Positions 1 to 13,064 of a DNA stretch of 64,000 nt are shown here, one piece after another. The stretch is taken from the NCBI RefSeq assembly GCF_009834535.1, contig NC_045697.1, forward strand, positions 42,348,001 through 42,412,000, read 5' to 3'. The position numbers and the translations under genes were made by a program. Position 1 is the stretch's first letter; each line of letters opens with the position of its first letter. The notes below the pieces were generated by a model. That model ran no database searches, was not told the origin of the DNA, and saw only the letters and a program-made list of their open reading frames with translations. Source of the DNA: Camelus ferus (lineage: Eukaryota).

Positions 1-239
1 GTCATGTGGAAGAAAGGGTAGAAGAGAGAAATACTGGAGAGAAAAAAATCAGCAAGAAAGTTATTGTTAATACATAGGAGAAAAAATAATGATGGTCAAA
101 AGTTGGGAAGTAGCAGTGAAGATTCTTAGAAATGGATAACTTTGAAAGAGATTTAGGAAACAGAATCAATGGTGACTACTTGAAACTAGAGGGTAAATAG
201 TAATGAAGGACAATGTTCAGATCACTGGCTTGAGTAACC
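1..239 (-). mobile_element. L2 LINE fragment (left part; resumes at ~1551-1655 after the MLT1 insertion)
   Basis: Purine-rich degenerate text like L2 antisense (gagatttaggaaacagaatcaatgg...ggcttgagtaac), continuing after 1550 as ccttcactgagaaagggaatacacaacaggagaagcaagtttgggg. Confidence 0.6.
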
Positions 240-1550
240 TGTTGTGCCTGATCTGTGCTCCCCCCAAATTTAAATATTAATATTCTAACCTCTAGGACCT
301 CAGAATGTGCTGTACTTGGAGTCAAGGCCTTTAAAGAGGTAATTAAGTTAAAATGAGGTCATCATACAAATGGCCAATAGGCACATTAAAAAAATGATCA
401 ATATTGCTAATTATCAGAGAAACGTAATTCAAAACTGCAATGAGGTATCACCTCATACCAGTCCGAATGGCCATCATTCAAAAGTCCACAAATGATAAAT
501 GCTGGAGAGGGTGTGGAGAAAAGGGAACCCTCCTACACTGTTGGTGGGAATGGAGTTTGGTGCAGCCATTATGGAAAACAGTATGGAGATTCCTCAGAAG
601 ACTAAAAATAGACTTAACATATGATCCAGCAATCCCACTCCTGGGCATATATCTAGCGGGAACTCTTAATTCAAAAATATACATGCACCCCAATGTTCAC
701 AGAAGCACTATGTACAATAGCCAAGACATGGAAGCAACCTAAATGTCCTTTGATAGATGACTGGATAAAGTAGTTGTGCTATATTTATACAATGGAATAC
801 TACTTAGTCATAAAAGAGAATAAAATAATTCCATTTGCAGCAAGGTTGATGGACCTGGAGATTGTCATACTAAGTGAATTAAGGCAGAAAGAGAAGGAAA
901 AACACCATATGATATCACTCATATGTAGAATCTAAAAAAAAACAGAAAAAAAAGAGGACACTAATGAACTCATCTACAAAACAGAAACAGACTCTCAGAC
1001 ATGGTAAACAGTCTTATGGCTATGAGGGAGAAAAGGGGTGGGAAGGGATAAATGTGGGAGTTTGAGATTTGCAAATGTTAACCACTATATATAAAAATAG
1101 ATTTAAAAAATTTCTTCTGTATAACATAGGGAACTATATTCAATATTTTTAATAACCTTTAATGAAAAAGAATATGAAAATGAATATATGTATATATATG
1201 CATGACTGGGATATTATGCTGTACACCAGAAATTTACATGTCATAACTGACTATACGTCAATAATAAATAAATAAATAAAATGAGGTCATTACTGCGAGT
1301 GCTAATCCAATATAACTGGTGTTCTCATAAGAAGAAGAGATTAGGCCACAGTCACACAGGGAAAACCACCTGAAGACCAAGGGAGACGATGGTCATGTAC
1401 AAGCCAACAAGAGAAGCCTCAGAAGAACCAACCCTGCTGGCAACTCGATCTCAGACTTCTAGTCTCCAGAATTGTGAGAAAGTAATTTCTGTGGCTTAAA
1501 CCACCCAGTCTGTGGTGCTTTATTATAAGCAGCCCTGATAAGCTGATACA
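240..1550 (+). mobile_element. MLT1A-like MaLR solo LTR, split by an L1 insertion
   Basis: Starts TGT at 240 (ggcctttaaagaggtaattaagttaaaatgaggtcat), resumes at 1277 (ctaatccaatataactggtgttctcataagaagaagagattag...ccacccagtctgtgg) and ends CA at 1550. Confidence 0.8.
363..1276 (+). mobile_element. 5'-truncated L1 (ORF2 C-terminus + 3'UTR + A-rich tail)
   Basis: ORF 440-742 has the ORF2p cysteine-rich motif [17 protein letters not shown]; (TAAA)n tail; 14-bp TSD taaaatgaggtcat at 349-362 and 1277-1290. Confidence 0.95.
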
Positions 1551-1799
1551 ACACCCTTCACTGAGAAAGGGAATACACAACAGGAGAAGCAAGTTTGGGG
1601 AACAGGAGACAATGTAGTCTTTTTAGAGAAATTGAAATTTATGTGTCTGTGAGACAAGGTGAACTTGTCTACAGTGCTGTCGGGGCCTGTACAGAGGCAA
1701 AACTGAAACAACGGAAGGCATACCTCCACAGTACCAAGTACTCTGGATTCCCATGAAAAACAGCTTCGGTGAAGACTGACTTACAAGATTGCAAACCAC

Positions 1800-3010
1800 A
1801 CAAGAAAATAAAACACTTAGAATGAGTCACCAAAGCAATGGGGGAATGTGCACACCAAAGCTGAATATAGTCATCTGCAAAAGACAGAAACAGAAGCCAC
1901 GAGGTATGAACAGAAGAGTAGGAAAAACAGTAGATTTGAAAAACATTTTTTTATGCTAGAAGTGAAAAATAGAGTCACTAAAATCAATAATGCAATGGGT
2001 AAGTTAAAGAGCTTGACTAGAAGGAGCTGGTGAAAAACTTAGTGAATTGGAATGGATTTAAAGTAATTACCCAGAGCAAGGAGGGTACAGCTTAGTGGTA
2101 GAGCATGTGCTTAGCATGCATGAGGTCCTGGGTACAATCCCCAGTACTTCCATTAAAAAAATAAATAAATAAACTTAATTACCTCCCCCAAAACAAAACA
2201 AATAAATAAAAATAAAAAGTAATTACACAGGATACAAAACAGAGGTAAAACAGATGGGAAATATGACAGGCTATCTGAGTGGAATGGATGATACGATGAG
2301 TAGCCCCAAGATATGTATGACAGGAATTTCCTGTGAAGACAGTATAAAGAATGGCAAAAAATAAATTCAAAAAAGTACCTGAAATTTTTCCTGAATTAAA
2401 GAAAGACATGAGTTATCTTCTCAGACTGAAGAAGCATAAATAGGATAAACAAATATAGATGTACATCTAGTAAAATGTAGAACATCAAAACAAAGAGAAC
2501 ATCATACAAAATATGTCAGAGAAAATACAAATTATCTACAAAGGAACAACTATATTGATAGCAAACCATAAGCACTAAAACTTGCCAGAAGACAGTTTCA
2601 AAGGGATGAGGAAAAATCACTGTTAACCCCCATATTCTAAGCTATCATTCACAGGTCATAGTGAAATTAAAATATTTTCCTGCACAATAAATATTAAATA
2701 TTTGCCACTCACTGGCCTTTGCTGAAATAACTAAGTATGTGACTCAGCAATAAGAAAACTGAACCAAGAAGGAAGGCTTGGGATGCAAGAACCAAGACTA
2801 AATAATAAATAAATGGCTATATCTGATGGAAGTTTAAATAAATATTAATTGTTAAAATAGTAATAATTATCACTAATTATAAAGGCTCAGAGAGCAGGAT
2901 GCAACTAAAATACACAACAGTAGCACTGAAGTTGAAAGATGGAAATTAAAGCATTTAATTTCCTTATATTGTTTGCAAGAAGGGTAGAGCTCTTGACTCA
3001 GTGTTTAATT
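1800..3010 (+). mobile_element. Ancient L1M/HAL1-type ORF1 region, highly degenerate
   Basis: Remnants like L1 ORF1 (aaatttttcctgaattaaagaaagacatgag; gagaaaatacaaattatctacaaaggaacaac; gccagaagacag) with many indels. Confidence 0.6.
2078..2215 (+). mobile_element. tRNA-derived camelid SINE (Vic-1 type)
   Basis: A-box-like cagcttagtggtagag, B-box-like gggtacaatccc, tail aataaacttaattacctccccc + A-rich end; TSD aaagtaattac(c/a)cag at 2060-2074 and 2216-2230. Confidence 0.9.
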
Positions 3011-3019
3011 TGTTATAAC

Positions 3020-3215
3020 ACAGATAAACAAGATCATACTGTATAGCACAGGGAAATATATACAAGTTCTTGTGGTAGCTCACAGCAAAAAAAAATGTGA
3101 CAAAGAATATATGTATGTTCATGTATAACTGAAAAATTGTGCTCTACACTGAAATTTGACACAACATTGTAAAATGACTATAACTCAATAAAAAATGTTT
3201 AAAATAAATAAATAG
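3020..3215 (+). mobile_element. Short L1 3'UTR fragment, young camelid subfamily
   Basis: Near-identical to the 3' ends at 9610-9800 and 25995-26180 (gtggtagctcacag...aaaaattgtgctctacactg...ctcaataaaaaatgtt). Confidence 0.85.
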
Positions 3216-4294
3216 ATAAAGTAAGAATAATCATCAAAATAAAAGAAATTTAATATATAAGTTTCCAATCCAGTATATCAGAAGAAAGGTTTCATCTGTA
3301 GGTGTAGCAGCATCTAACCTAGGTTCTGCAACTAACGTGGGCCAGTTCTGCCCATTGTACAGACACCAGTAACAGCCCAAAGCTGTTGCTTTCAATCAAC
3401 TACCTCAAATCTCATTTTAATCAATGCTTTTTGAAAACCTACACAAAAACAGATAAAAAAAAGAAAAAAATTCGGATATATTTCTCTTCATTAATAACCA
3501 CCTTAATATAACTAATAATGAATGGCAAAATAGTCATAAAATGGGTAGTGTAGATTAAATGAAAATGAAACAAAAGAACAAGAAAATTCTCCAATCATTA
3601 AGGTAAAGCCTTACTTAGATCAAAAATTGACTTGACTTAATTTTCATTTCTTAGCAGCCACAGTAGGTATTATCTTTACATTATAAATGATTCAACTGAG
3701 AGATAACAAGATCACACTGTTTCCCTATAGCACAACCAGAAATTTCATAATCTCCAAATTAGATTTCATAATATTTAAATTTATAATCCAGATTTCTATT
3801 TTGTTGCTTCAGTTATGAGATCCTAAAACACTGGCTCATTCTTTGATTGCTCTGAATTTTTAAAATTGAAATATTTCTTCCATTTCAAGTAATTGGATTA
3901 TTTTTTAGGATTACAAAATGTTTTTGTTATATGCTTGTTTTTGTTGTTAGGGTATCTGGCTTTATCTTTTTACGTGAAGGAGTCCTAGAGTTAATCTAGC
4001 AAAAAGTTTCCTATTTTAAAGGAAACAAAACAAGCTGATCCTTGACTTATTCTTCTACTCTTTTCTTTCTTTAAATTGTGAACCCAGATTGGCTATGTAA
4101 TTACTAGGAAATAGAAGGAATTTTCAACAATCCATTTTAATTTTCTTTCTGTTCCTGAAAGGTACAAAAGGGAAACTATTAAAACTAGCTAAAACCAATG
4201 TCCTAAAAAATACACAAACCTTCTACCACATTACAAAAGAAATGTTTTTAACTGCTTTACAAATAGCCAAATCCAGCTCTCAAGAAGTACTCAC

Positions 4295-4318
4295 TTAATC
4301 CAGGACAGTTCTGTAATC
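4295..4318 (-). other. Candidate 24-nt microexon of an unidentified minus-strand gene
   Basis: Minus strand reads tttatttcatttttaatag|GATTACAGAACTGTCCTGGATTAA|gtgagtac; length is a multiple of 3 and two of three phases are open. Confidence 0.3.
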
Positions 4319-4760
4319 CTATTAAAAATGAAATAAATTTTCCTTATGAACTTTGACTTCAATTTTTTAGAGTGAAAAATTGTTTTTTGCCATTCAATAC
4401 ATTTGTGGGTATGGATATAATTTTGGTCAAACATTAAGCAACTATAAGACATCCTCAAAATTTTTAAAAGAATCTTAATAACATATTACAGCATATTTTA
4501 ATTTCCTGCTTTCTTGTCTTCATCCCTTAAGTTCCAAATTTCTCACCATTATATACTAAAGACTTAAAATGTCTGGCTTATGGATGTTTGACAAATTAAT
4601 TGCTTATGCTAAACATAGTCTACTGATGGCTTATAACTTAGTGAGGAGTTTTATTTTTGCATATATTTATTAGCTTAAAACTTAGATCAGGAACGGTTAA
4701 AATTTAATAAGCCTTTGTAGGAACAACAAAAATAACCAAACATTAAATAGACATGTTTTA

Positions 4761-5061
4761 GACTCACAGACATAGAAAACAAACTTACGGTTTTCAGGGG
4801 AAAGTGGGTAGGAAAGGATAAATTGGGAGTTTGAGATTTGCAAATACAAATTACTATACATAAAATAGATGTTTCTTTTATATAGCACAGGGAACTACAT
4901 TCAATATCTTGTAGTAACCTATAATGAAAAAGAATATTAAAACAGATATATGTATGTATATGTATGACTGAAACATTACCAGAAATACACACATACACCA
5001 GAAATTGACACAACATTGTAAACTGACTATACCTTAATAAAATAAATAAATAAATAAATAA
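4761..5061 (+). mobile_element. 5'-truncated L1 3'UTR
   Basis: L1 3'UTR text with (TAAA)n tail; perfect 16-bp TSD aaatagacatgtttta at 4745-4760 and 5062-5077. Confidence 0.92.
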
Positions 5062-6504
5062 AAATAGACATGTTTTAATGTGTTGAGAAATAATAAAGAA
5101 ATGTGGCTGAAATTCGGCAAATATGAAGTGCTATTCTTATTAAAAGTAATTGAATATTCCATTCTGCTAGAACTAATCAACAGTATAATATTTAAATGAA
5201 GTGTTATAGCAAGTATCTGCTGAAAATGAAGGGAACTCCTTGGCTGCTACCAAATGCCAGTGAAAAATCTTCAACATATTTTCATTCATTTTTTTTCCCT
5301 GAACTTATAAGTTGGTATGACTTTTCAGCCCAAACATTCAAGGTAACTATTATACTTGAATGGTTTCATTCTCCTGATTAATCAATAGTCTTCCTAATAT
5401 TTTGTTATTCACGAGTCATCTTATACATCACATGAGTAAAAGGATATGACACAAAGCCTGGAATCCAAATTGTGAAATTATATAGACTTGTTCTATTTTT
5501 TCCAAAATCTGACTCCAAATAAAGGTCAATACATATCTAATTCTTCATTTATAACTTGTTTCAACATTTTACATTGAAAATTCATAGCCCATCTCTCTTG
5601 AAATAGAAATAAATTAGTTACAATTCTATAAAGTCAGAAGAGAAACCTTCTATTATATGACTGTGATATTTTTTCTATTAAATTATTCAAATGTTTTAAG
5701 AATATATAACAATTAAAAATCTCTGCAAATAAAAAATTTTAAAACAAATGAATAAGTCTAGAAATTTCATCTTCCACAGGAAACCAAAGTAGTAGTAAAT
5801 CTGATTGGATTTCACCTGAAATTACTTACTAGAAGTTTATATTTCTAAGATATTTACAGAATATCTAATCTATAAAAATATTTATTCATAATTACATTAT
5901 ATTCTCATGATAAAAAATGTAAACAAAAGTGTATGTGAAATTTTTAAACAAACACTATCAAAGGTACAACTATCATGAATCTACTTCAAATAAATTATAT
6001 ATTAGTCATAAAATGTATGCATCAGAATTGGTGATGGTAAGACTTATACTATTACATTATACATGGACCACCATTATTGTATTTAAAAATCTGAAGAATA
6101 TTATGATTGACAAAATAATTATTTTTTCTTATAATCACAAAAATATACACCAGAGATTAAACTGTAAGGCAAAGAACTTTACTTTTCTTCAAAATGTTGT
6201 GAAAGTCTTTCTCTAAAATTCAGTGGTGCCTATATGTTCCATGAATGTCTTATTTGCTATAATTTCTCCAAGCAGTCTAGTGGGGTCTCATGCAAATATA
6301 GCTCACATAGTTTATAATCTATAGATGTGCATGTGTCTGTGTGTGTGTCTGTGTGTGTATCTTTGTGTATGTCTATCCAGGCATTCCTACAGTAAATGTA
6401 CTAAGATCCTTTCACACTAAACTAACAGGAAAAAAATGAACATAAGCAAGCATTAATTATAGACCAAAGAGCATGATAAAAATCAGAATTTTCCATTAAA
6501 AAAA

Positions 6505-7052
6505 TAAAAATTATTCAGCAAATACTATTGGAAAAACTAAATATACACATGCCCAAAAAAATGAAGTTGAATGCTGCCCTTACACTATATACAAAATTAA
6601 CTCAAAACTGAACTGAAGACCTAAAAGTAAGAAATAAAATTATTAAACTCAAAGAAGAAAATAAAGGGCAAGATCTTCATGGTGTTAGATATGACAATGA
6701 TTTCTTGCAGATGACACCAAAAGCATAGGTAGCAAAAGAAAAAAATAGATAAATGTTCTACATAAAAATTATAAATTTTTGCACACCAAAAACACTATCA
6801 ACAGAGTGAACAGTCAGCCAACAGACTTGGAGAAAATATCTGCAAATCACATTTCTGATCGAGGATTGTATCCAGAATACATGAAGTATTTCTACAACTC
6901 AACAACAAAAGACAAAGAGCTCAATTCAAAAATGGGCCAAGGACTTAGACATTTCTCCAAAGAAGATATGCAAATGGACAGTAAGTACATGAAAAAATGT
7001 TCAATACCACAAACCAAAATGAGATATCACATCCTTTAAGATAGCTATTATT

Positions 7053-7130
<78 letters not shown>

Positions 7131-7161
7131 AAAAGAAAGAAAAGAAAAAGGAAAAGAAAAG

Positions 7162-7192
<31 letters not shown>

Positions 7193-7922
7193 GAAAAGAA
7201 AGGAAAGGAAAGGAAAGGAAGAAAGAAAAAGAAAGATGTGTTGGTGGCAAGGATGTACAGAAATTGGAATCTTGTGCATTGCTGGTAGGAATGTAAAATG
7301 GTACAGACACTGTAGAAAGTGATATGGTCATTATTCAAAACATTAAAAATAGAATTACCATATGATTCAGCAATTCACTTCACCCAAAAGAAATGAAAGC
7401 AGAGATTCAAACAGATATTGGTATACTCATGTTCATACCAGAATTATTCACAACAGCCAAAAGGTGGAAGCAATCCAACTGTCCACTGAAAGATGAATAA
7501 ACGAAATGTGGTATAAACATACAATTGAATATTATTCAGCCCTAAAAAGAAAGGAAATTCTGATACATGCTACAATATGGTTGAACCTTGAGGACATTAG
7601 GCTAAATTAAATAAGCCAGTCATTAAAAAACAAATATTATATGATTCCACTTATATGAGGTACCTAGAGTAGTCAAATTCATAAGGACAGAAGTACAATG
7701 ATGGTTGCCAGGAGTGAGGAGAGGCGGGAATGGGGAGCAAGTGAATAATGGGTACAGAGTTTCAGTTGGGGAAGACGAAAAAGTTCTGGAAATGGATGAT
7801 GGCAATTGTTGCACAACTATGTGAATGTACTTAATACCACAGAATTTTCCCCTTAAACATGGTTAAAATGGTAAATTTCATGTTACATATAGTGAATCAC
7901 AATTTTAAAAATAAAAAATAAA
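6505..7922 (+). mobile_element. Old L1MB-type LINE (ORF2 3' part + 3'UTR)
   Basis: ORF 6779-7039 resembles degenerate ORF2p; 3'UTR gggtacagagtttcagttggggaagacgaaaaagttctggaaatggatgatgg is typical of L1MB. Confidence 0.85.
7053..7236 (+). repeat. Compound polypurine microsatellite (GAAA)n/(GAAAA)n/(GGAAA)n
   Basis: 184 consecutive purines read directly from the sequence. Confidence 0.97.
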
Positions 7923-9040
7923 TTTTAACCTATACTGAAAACATAACTGCATCGTTTTAAAGATGTTAACTCATAGATGTTCATTTTTGCTTTCATATGT
8001 AATATCACTAGGGCTATGGCAATGGACAAATCTGCTATTCCTCCATCCTCCTGCCCTTAAACTCTGTGAACTGTGAAATAGTCCTAATCTGAAAAGCTGT
8101 CTGAAGTAAAAGAGGCTTAAATCTGCAATCCCAGGATCCAGTCTCCCTGTGAAAGTCTGCCTTGGTCCTTCAAAGTCTTCAAATCCTGTATACTATTCAC
8201 CACCTCATTATACACATTCTATCGGCATCTTTTCCCCAAAATAGAACAATTTCATTTACACTGGATGAAGGATTCTCCTTCTTCTAAGAAATTACATTAT
8301 CAGCAGTTGCAGCCTCTCCCTTCACTTTGATGTTGTGCAGATTCAAATTGGCCTAGAACCTATAGAACTAGCCGTAGCTTGCAGCAATAATCTCCTCAAC
8401 CTCACTTTCACCATGCTTGGCTTTCAGTCCTTCCAACAAACTCCCAGACATCTTCTGAATGTACATTAAATCACTAAACATTCAACTCTGATGCAGACCC
8501 TCTAGCTTCACAACCAAAGATTTTCAATTTTGTCCGTTTTCCTATTATCAATTACATGGGCCCACCCAACACTTCCCACAAAAAAGTAGATGATCATGTC
8601 TTGTTCTTCCTAATCATTTCTGCTGTGAAATGACTCATCCTATAAGCCATATTTACATGCAATATTTACCCTTTTTTTCTTTTTTAGCACTTTCAGCTTT
8701 CACCACTTAGCCCTCTTCTTATGAGCATGTAAGCCATATGTGACAATATGGCTCCCTCTGCATACCCTTCTTCATATGTGCACTGCCATTGTGACTAACT
8801 TAAATGCAATTAAATGCCAGCTAAGAATAAGCACTTTAAATGAATAGACTACATATAAAAAGGGTTTACTGGGCTTATAGCAAAATGGAAAAGTGCATGC
8901 TCACCTTAAAGCACACAAACTGAATAAAAAATTAAAATAAAAGCACTAAGCTGGCAAAAATGAAACATTGCCATCCAAGAGCCACCAATTTATAAGAGCC
9001 TTATAGTAACCAACAACACAGAGCCAACACTAAAATGACT

Positions 9041-9809
9041 ATATACCACATCATTATCCAGTCATCTGTCGATGGACATTTAGGCTGTTTCCATGTCTTG
9101 GCTATTGTAAATAGTGCTGCTATGAACATTGGGGTGCAGGTGTCTTTTTGAAGTAGGGTTCCTTCTGGATATATGCCCAGGAGTGAGATTACTGGGTCAT
9201 ATGGTTAAGTCTATTCCTAGTCTTTTGAGGAATCTCCATATTGTTTTCCACAGTGGCTGCACCAAACTGCATTCCCACCAACAGCCTAAATGTCCATCAA
9301 CAGATGACTGGATAAAGAAGATTTGGTATATTTATACAATGGAATACTATACAGCCATAAAAATGACAACGTAACGCCATTTGCAGCAACATGGATGTCC
9401 CAGAAAAAGAAAGAAAAATACCATATGAGATCACTCATATGTGGAATCTAAAAAAAAAAAAAAAAAAAAAAAAACATAAATACAAAACAGAAACAGAAAC
9501 AGACTCATAGACATAGAATACACACTTGTGGTTGCCAAGGGGGAGGTAGGTGGGAAGGGATAGACTGGGAGTTCAAAATCTGTAGATACTGACAGGCATA
9601 AGTAGAATAGATAAACAAGATTATACTGTACAGCACAGGGAAATATATACAAGATCTTGTGGTAGCTCACAGCGAAAAAGAATGTGACAATGAATATATG
9701 TTGTTCATGTATAACTGAAAAATTGTGCTCTACACTGGAAATTGACACAACATTGTAAACTGACTATAACTCAATAAAAAATGTTAAAAAATAAATTAAT
9801 TAAATAAAA
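9041..9809 (+). mobile_element. 5'-inverted (twin-primed) young L1
   Basis: 9041-9279 is antisense L1 ORF2; 9280-9809 is sense ORF2 end + 3'UTR + tail; imperfect TSD taaaatga(c/g)tata(t/g)accac at 9031-9049 and 9810-9828. Confidence 0.9.
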
Positions 9810-12603
9810 TAAAATGAGTATAGACCACTATTAATACTATGTGTGGATGGTGAGAAGAACTAAAACAGTTTGCTCTGGAACATAGCTTTGTTCATATCTA
9901 TGAAAGTTCTAAACAGACTATAAACAAAGGACCATTGGAATAGCATTAATACCACAAGGAAAACAATTTTAAAAAAATACTGTTGGTAACTGCAGGAAGG
10001 TGGTAAAAATTTCATAGACTCAGCAATATTTTTATATTTCTTAGCCTAATTTTATTCTAAATTAGATAACATATTTGTCTAGACATGTATTTTTCATGGC
10101 CTTGGACTCTCATTTTAATTAGACAAGAAAGCAAATGTGTCTCATTTAAGGGCTGGGGTTCCTTGGAGATTTACATTGTCTACAACATGACATGGAAAAT
10201 AAGGAATTTACATATTGTAATTGCAAGCATCCACTAGGTTGAAATCTTTCAGTGTTCCAGTTACAACTACAAAATCTACTTCTAAAGGGAAAAAAATCAA
10301 AACTGGGTTAACACTTCGTAGTAGGTAAGAGGTACTCCATGCTGTTTCACTAATAAAATGAAACCATTGACTTGATACCAAAAAAAAAAGCTTTCCAGAG
10401 TGTGGTTGAATGTAAATTTGCCATCCGCCTTGCAGAGCTGGTGAGCAATAGGTTGAACACACTGAGAAAACCTTGTTCAAAAGGGTACATTAGGCGATCT
10501 TGTAAACGAGAAAGCAGTGCAGCAGAGGTGGACATCTGCACGAGGACTGGCTTGGGACCTGGAGTTTGGAAAGCTGATAACTATGTAGCCTGAGTTAAAT
10601 TTTTACTGATGCATATTTTGTTTCAGTTGTTGTTAGTGTGTGAGTGATTGTTTTTTTCATTTCAATAATATGCAAGTTATATAAGATTTTGTAAAATATC
10701 TAGTTACCACTCATGAACCCCAAATGATCAGTTAGGAGGAGGAGGGAGGAATGAAGAAAAGGGGAAAACTGACACAATGAAGAAAAAAGTAAGAGGCCCA
10801 TTAAGTGACTTTCAAAAAGCTCTTTGCAAAAGCAGTTGAACAGTGTGTACCTCGATTATTTGACGCTGAGAGCAGAGCTTTTCTCAATACTCCCCTACTG
10901 TATACAACAAAATTATTTTCAGTAATAATCATGAAATGGAATGAGTAATAGCCAGAAAAGATAGGAAGACACTAAACTTTTCCTTCTATTAAATTCTGTG
11001 CATATATAAATCATGTCAGTTTTTTTAAATGAATTTTAATAAAACCAAAATGTCCAAACCTACTAAATCATACTGATGCAATGTTGTATTCCCTTGATTA
11101 GTTCTTCAGTTTTAAAGCAACTAACAACTACAAAAAGAAGATTAAATTCCAATTATAAAGACATTATTTGAATTCAATAAATATTTCACATAAGAACTAA
11201 AATTTGCACTTACGAAACAAAAAATACTACATCTCTGAGTCTACATTATTTCACTGTTAAAACACAAATGAAAACTCCAAATCGTCACAAAGACAAAATT
11301 GAAATAACTCAAGTTTCAGTTCGTCATCTTTTGTTGTGCCACTATTAGTTTAAACGCAGGACAACAGGTTATCTCAGAGTTGGAGACAAGCTCTGCCCTA
11401 AGCAAGCTAGAAGGAGTCCAAACCTTTGCAAACAAGCTCTGAAAGCAAGACATGTATCTGATTTCATATGTGTCAGAGGCCAAGGGTATAAATGGGAGTA
11501 TTCCACGGAGACTATGATGCAGAATACAATGTTTATTAAAGAGTAAGTTTTAAAAAGAGCTGATGATTTGAAATACAGACCTTAGACCAACAAAATGTAT
11601 GTTTTAAGGAGGAGCATCTCATCTCTGATATCATTTTGGAGTTGCCAGTGCATGATGATAATTTTAAAAATCAACTTTCAGTTACTTTTATTATTGTTTT
11701 TAACTTTTCTAAGACCACGCATCTCCTTATTTCCTGTTTCTGATAGTTTCCACTGTTCCATCTCCACTCTTGCTCTGTCACTGCAGATGAACAGATATAC
11801 TGGTGGAGGTTTCCTGTTGTTTGTTTTTGTTTCTTCTTGATAACAGAGAAAAATTAATACCTCAGTGAAGGTCAGACACCAATGGCTACACCTTGATCAG
11901 TTCATCCTAATCTAGCAAGTAGAGCTTCCTGGAAGCAAATATATTGACCAACCTAGATTTGAACAAATAACTGATATTAATATTAAATGTATTATTTTCA
12001 TCTGTCTACGTTGCCTTTTTCCAGAGTTTTACAATGAACACACTACTTTCATTGGTATTTGTTTAAGATAAAAATAAGATTATGAACAAAAAACACCCAG
12101 AATCTGAACTCTTTATTCGATTCAGTCCACACTCTTAACTCTCTCCCTGTTTTCCTTTCAAATTTTGAGAAAATGTGGCCATGTTCTTTCCCATGTAAAA
12201 ATAGGAAAGCTTCTCTCTGCCTCTACCTCCAGAATTCCTTAGAGTTCTAGGCATTTCCGAAAGCCACACTGCTGACTCTAGCCAGAAAGCCAAGATTCCT
12301 TCTTGTTATAATTTGTATCACAGCTTTTCTCCTATTAAATATATACAGATATGTTAAAGTATGGTGAAGACAGAAATGTGAGTGCAAATACAAATTAGAT
12401 ATAGGAAAATCTTATATAGGACTACTGTCACAAAGACCAAAAAAAAAAAAAAGTTTAAGCTTAATGGCCTCTGGGAACATTCCTGAACTAATTAGGTAAC
12501 TCCCTGGAGTGGATAATGAGTAGACCTGGTAGACAGATCGGGTACTGAGAAGAATGTTCCAAGACATATCTATTTTTTTACTTCAGGCAGATATCCTTTA
12601 TTA

Positions 12604-12785
12604 CAGTAGCTCTCAACCTTGGATACACATTGAAACCACCTGTGAACCTTTAAAAAAAAATACTGATGCCTAAGCTCCACCCTGAGAGATTATAATTTAA
12701 TTGGCTGGAGGTACAAACTAGACATAGGAAATGTAAACCATCCCCTCACCTGATTTTAATGTGCTGCCAACATTAGAACTTTTCC
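12604..12785. mobile_element. MER5-type hAT-Charlie MITE (MER5B-like)
   Basis: cagtagctctcaaccttggatacacattgaaaccacctg...aaaatactgatgcctaagctccaccc...gattttaatgtgctgcca. Confidence 0.75.
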
Positions 12786-13064
12786 TCTAGAAAATTGCTT
12801 CTCTGTCCTCAGCTGTTAAGTGGCAGCTACAAAATTTTAAGAGCAACTTAGATGCAGCAAGCTACTGCAATCTAGGAGACTTAAGAGACTTATTCTGAAG
12901 CTGCGTCTGCATATCAAACTCACAGATTTCACTTGGGTTCATTATCTGGAGGTGAGTAAGGGTGTTATTTTGACTGGTGCAGAACAAGCTCTGCTACCAA
13001 CCCTGTGCATCACCCAAGCAGAGAAGAACTTTGTACGCAGGCGGGTGTGCTCTTGAATTGTGAC

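Noticed and set aside
2078..2150. tRNA gene (also 48170-48242 and 33495-33564)
   Set aside because: The tRNA-like heads are followed by the SINE body, A-rich tails and in one case a TSD, so these are SINEs.
6945..7338. Phe/Ser/Leu-rich, membrane-protein-like ORFs
   Set aside because: They are translations of the (TTTC)n microsatellite, which has no stop codons.
11214..11253. Minus-strand 40-nt exon candidate (ttttaacag|...ttc|gtaagt)
   Set aside because: It has stops in all three frames and no other support; at most a non-coding or poison exon.
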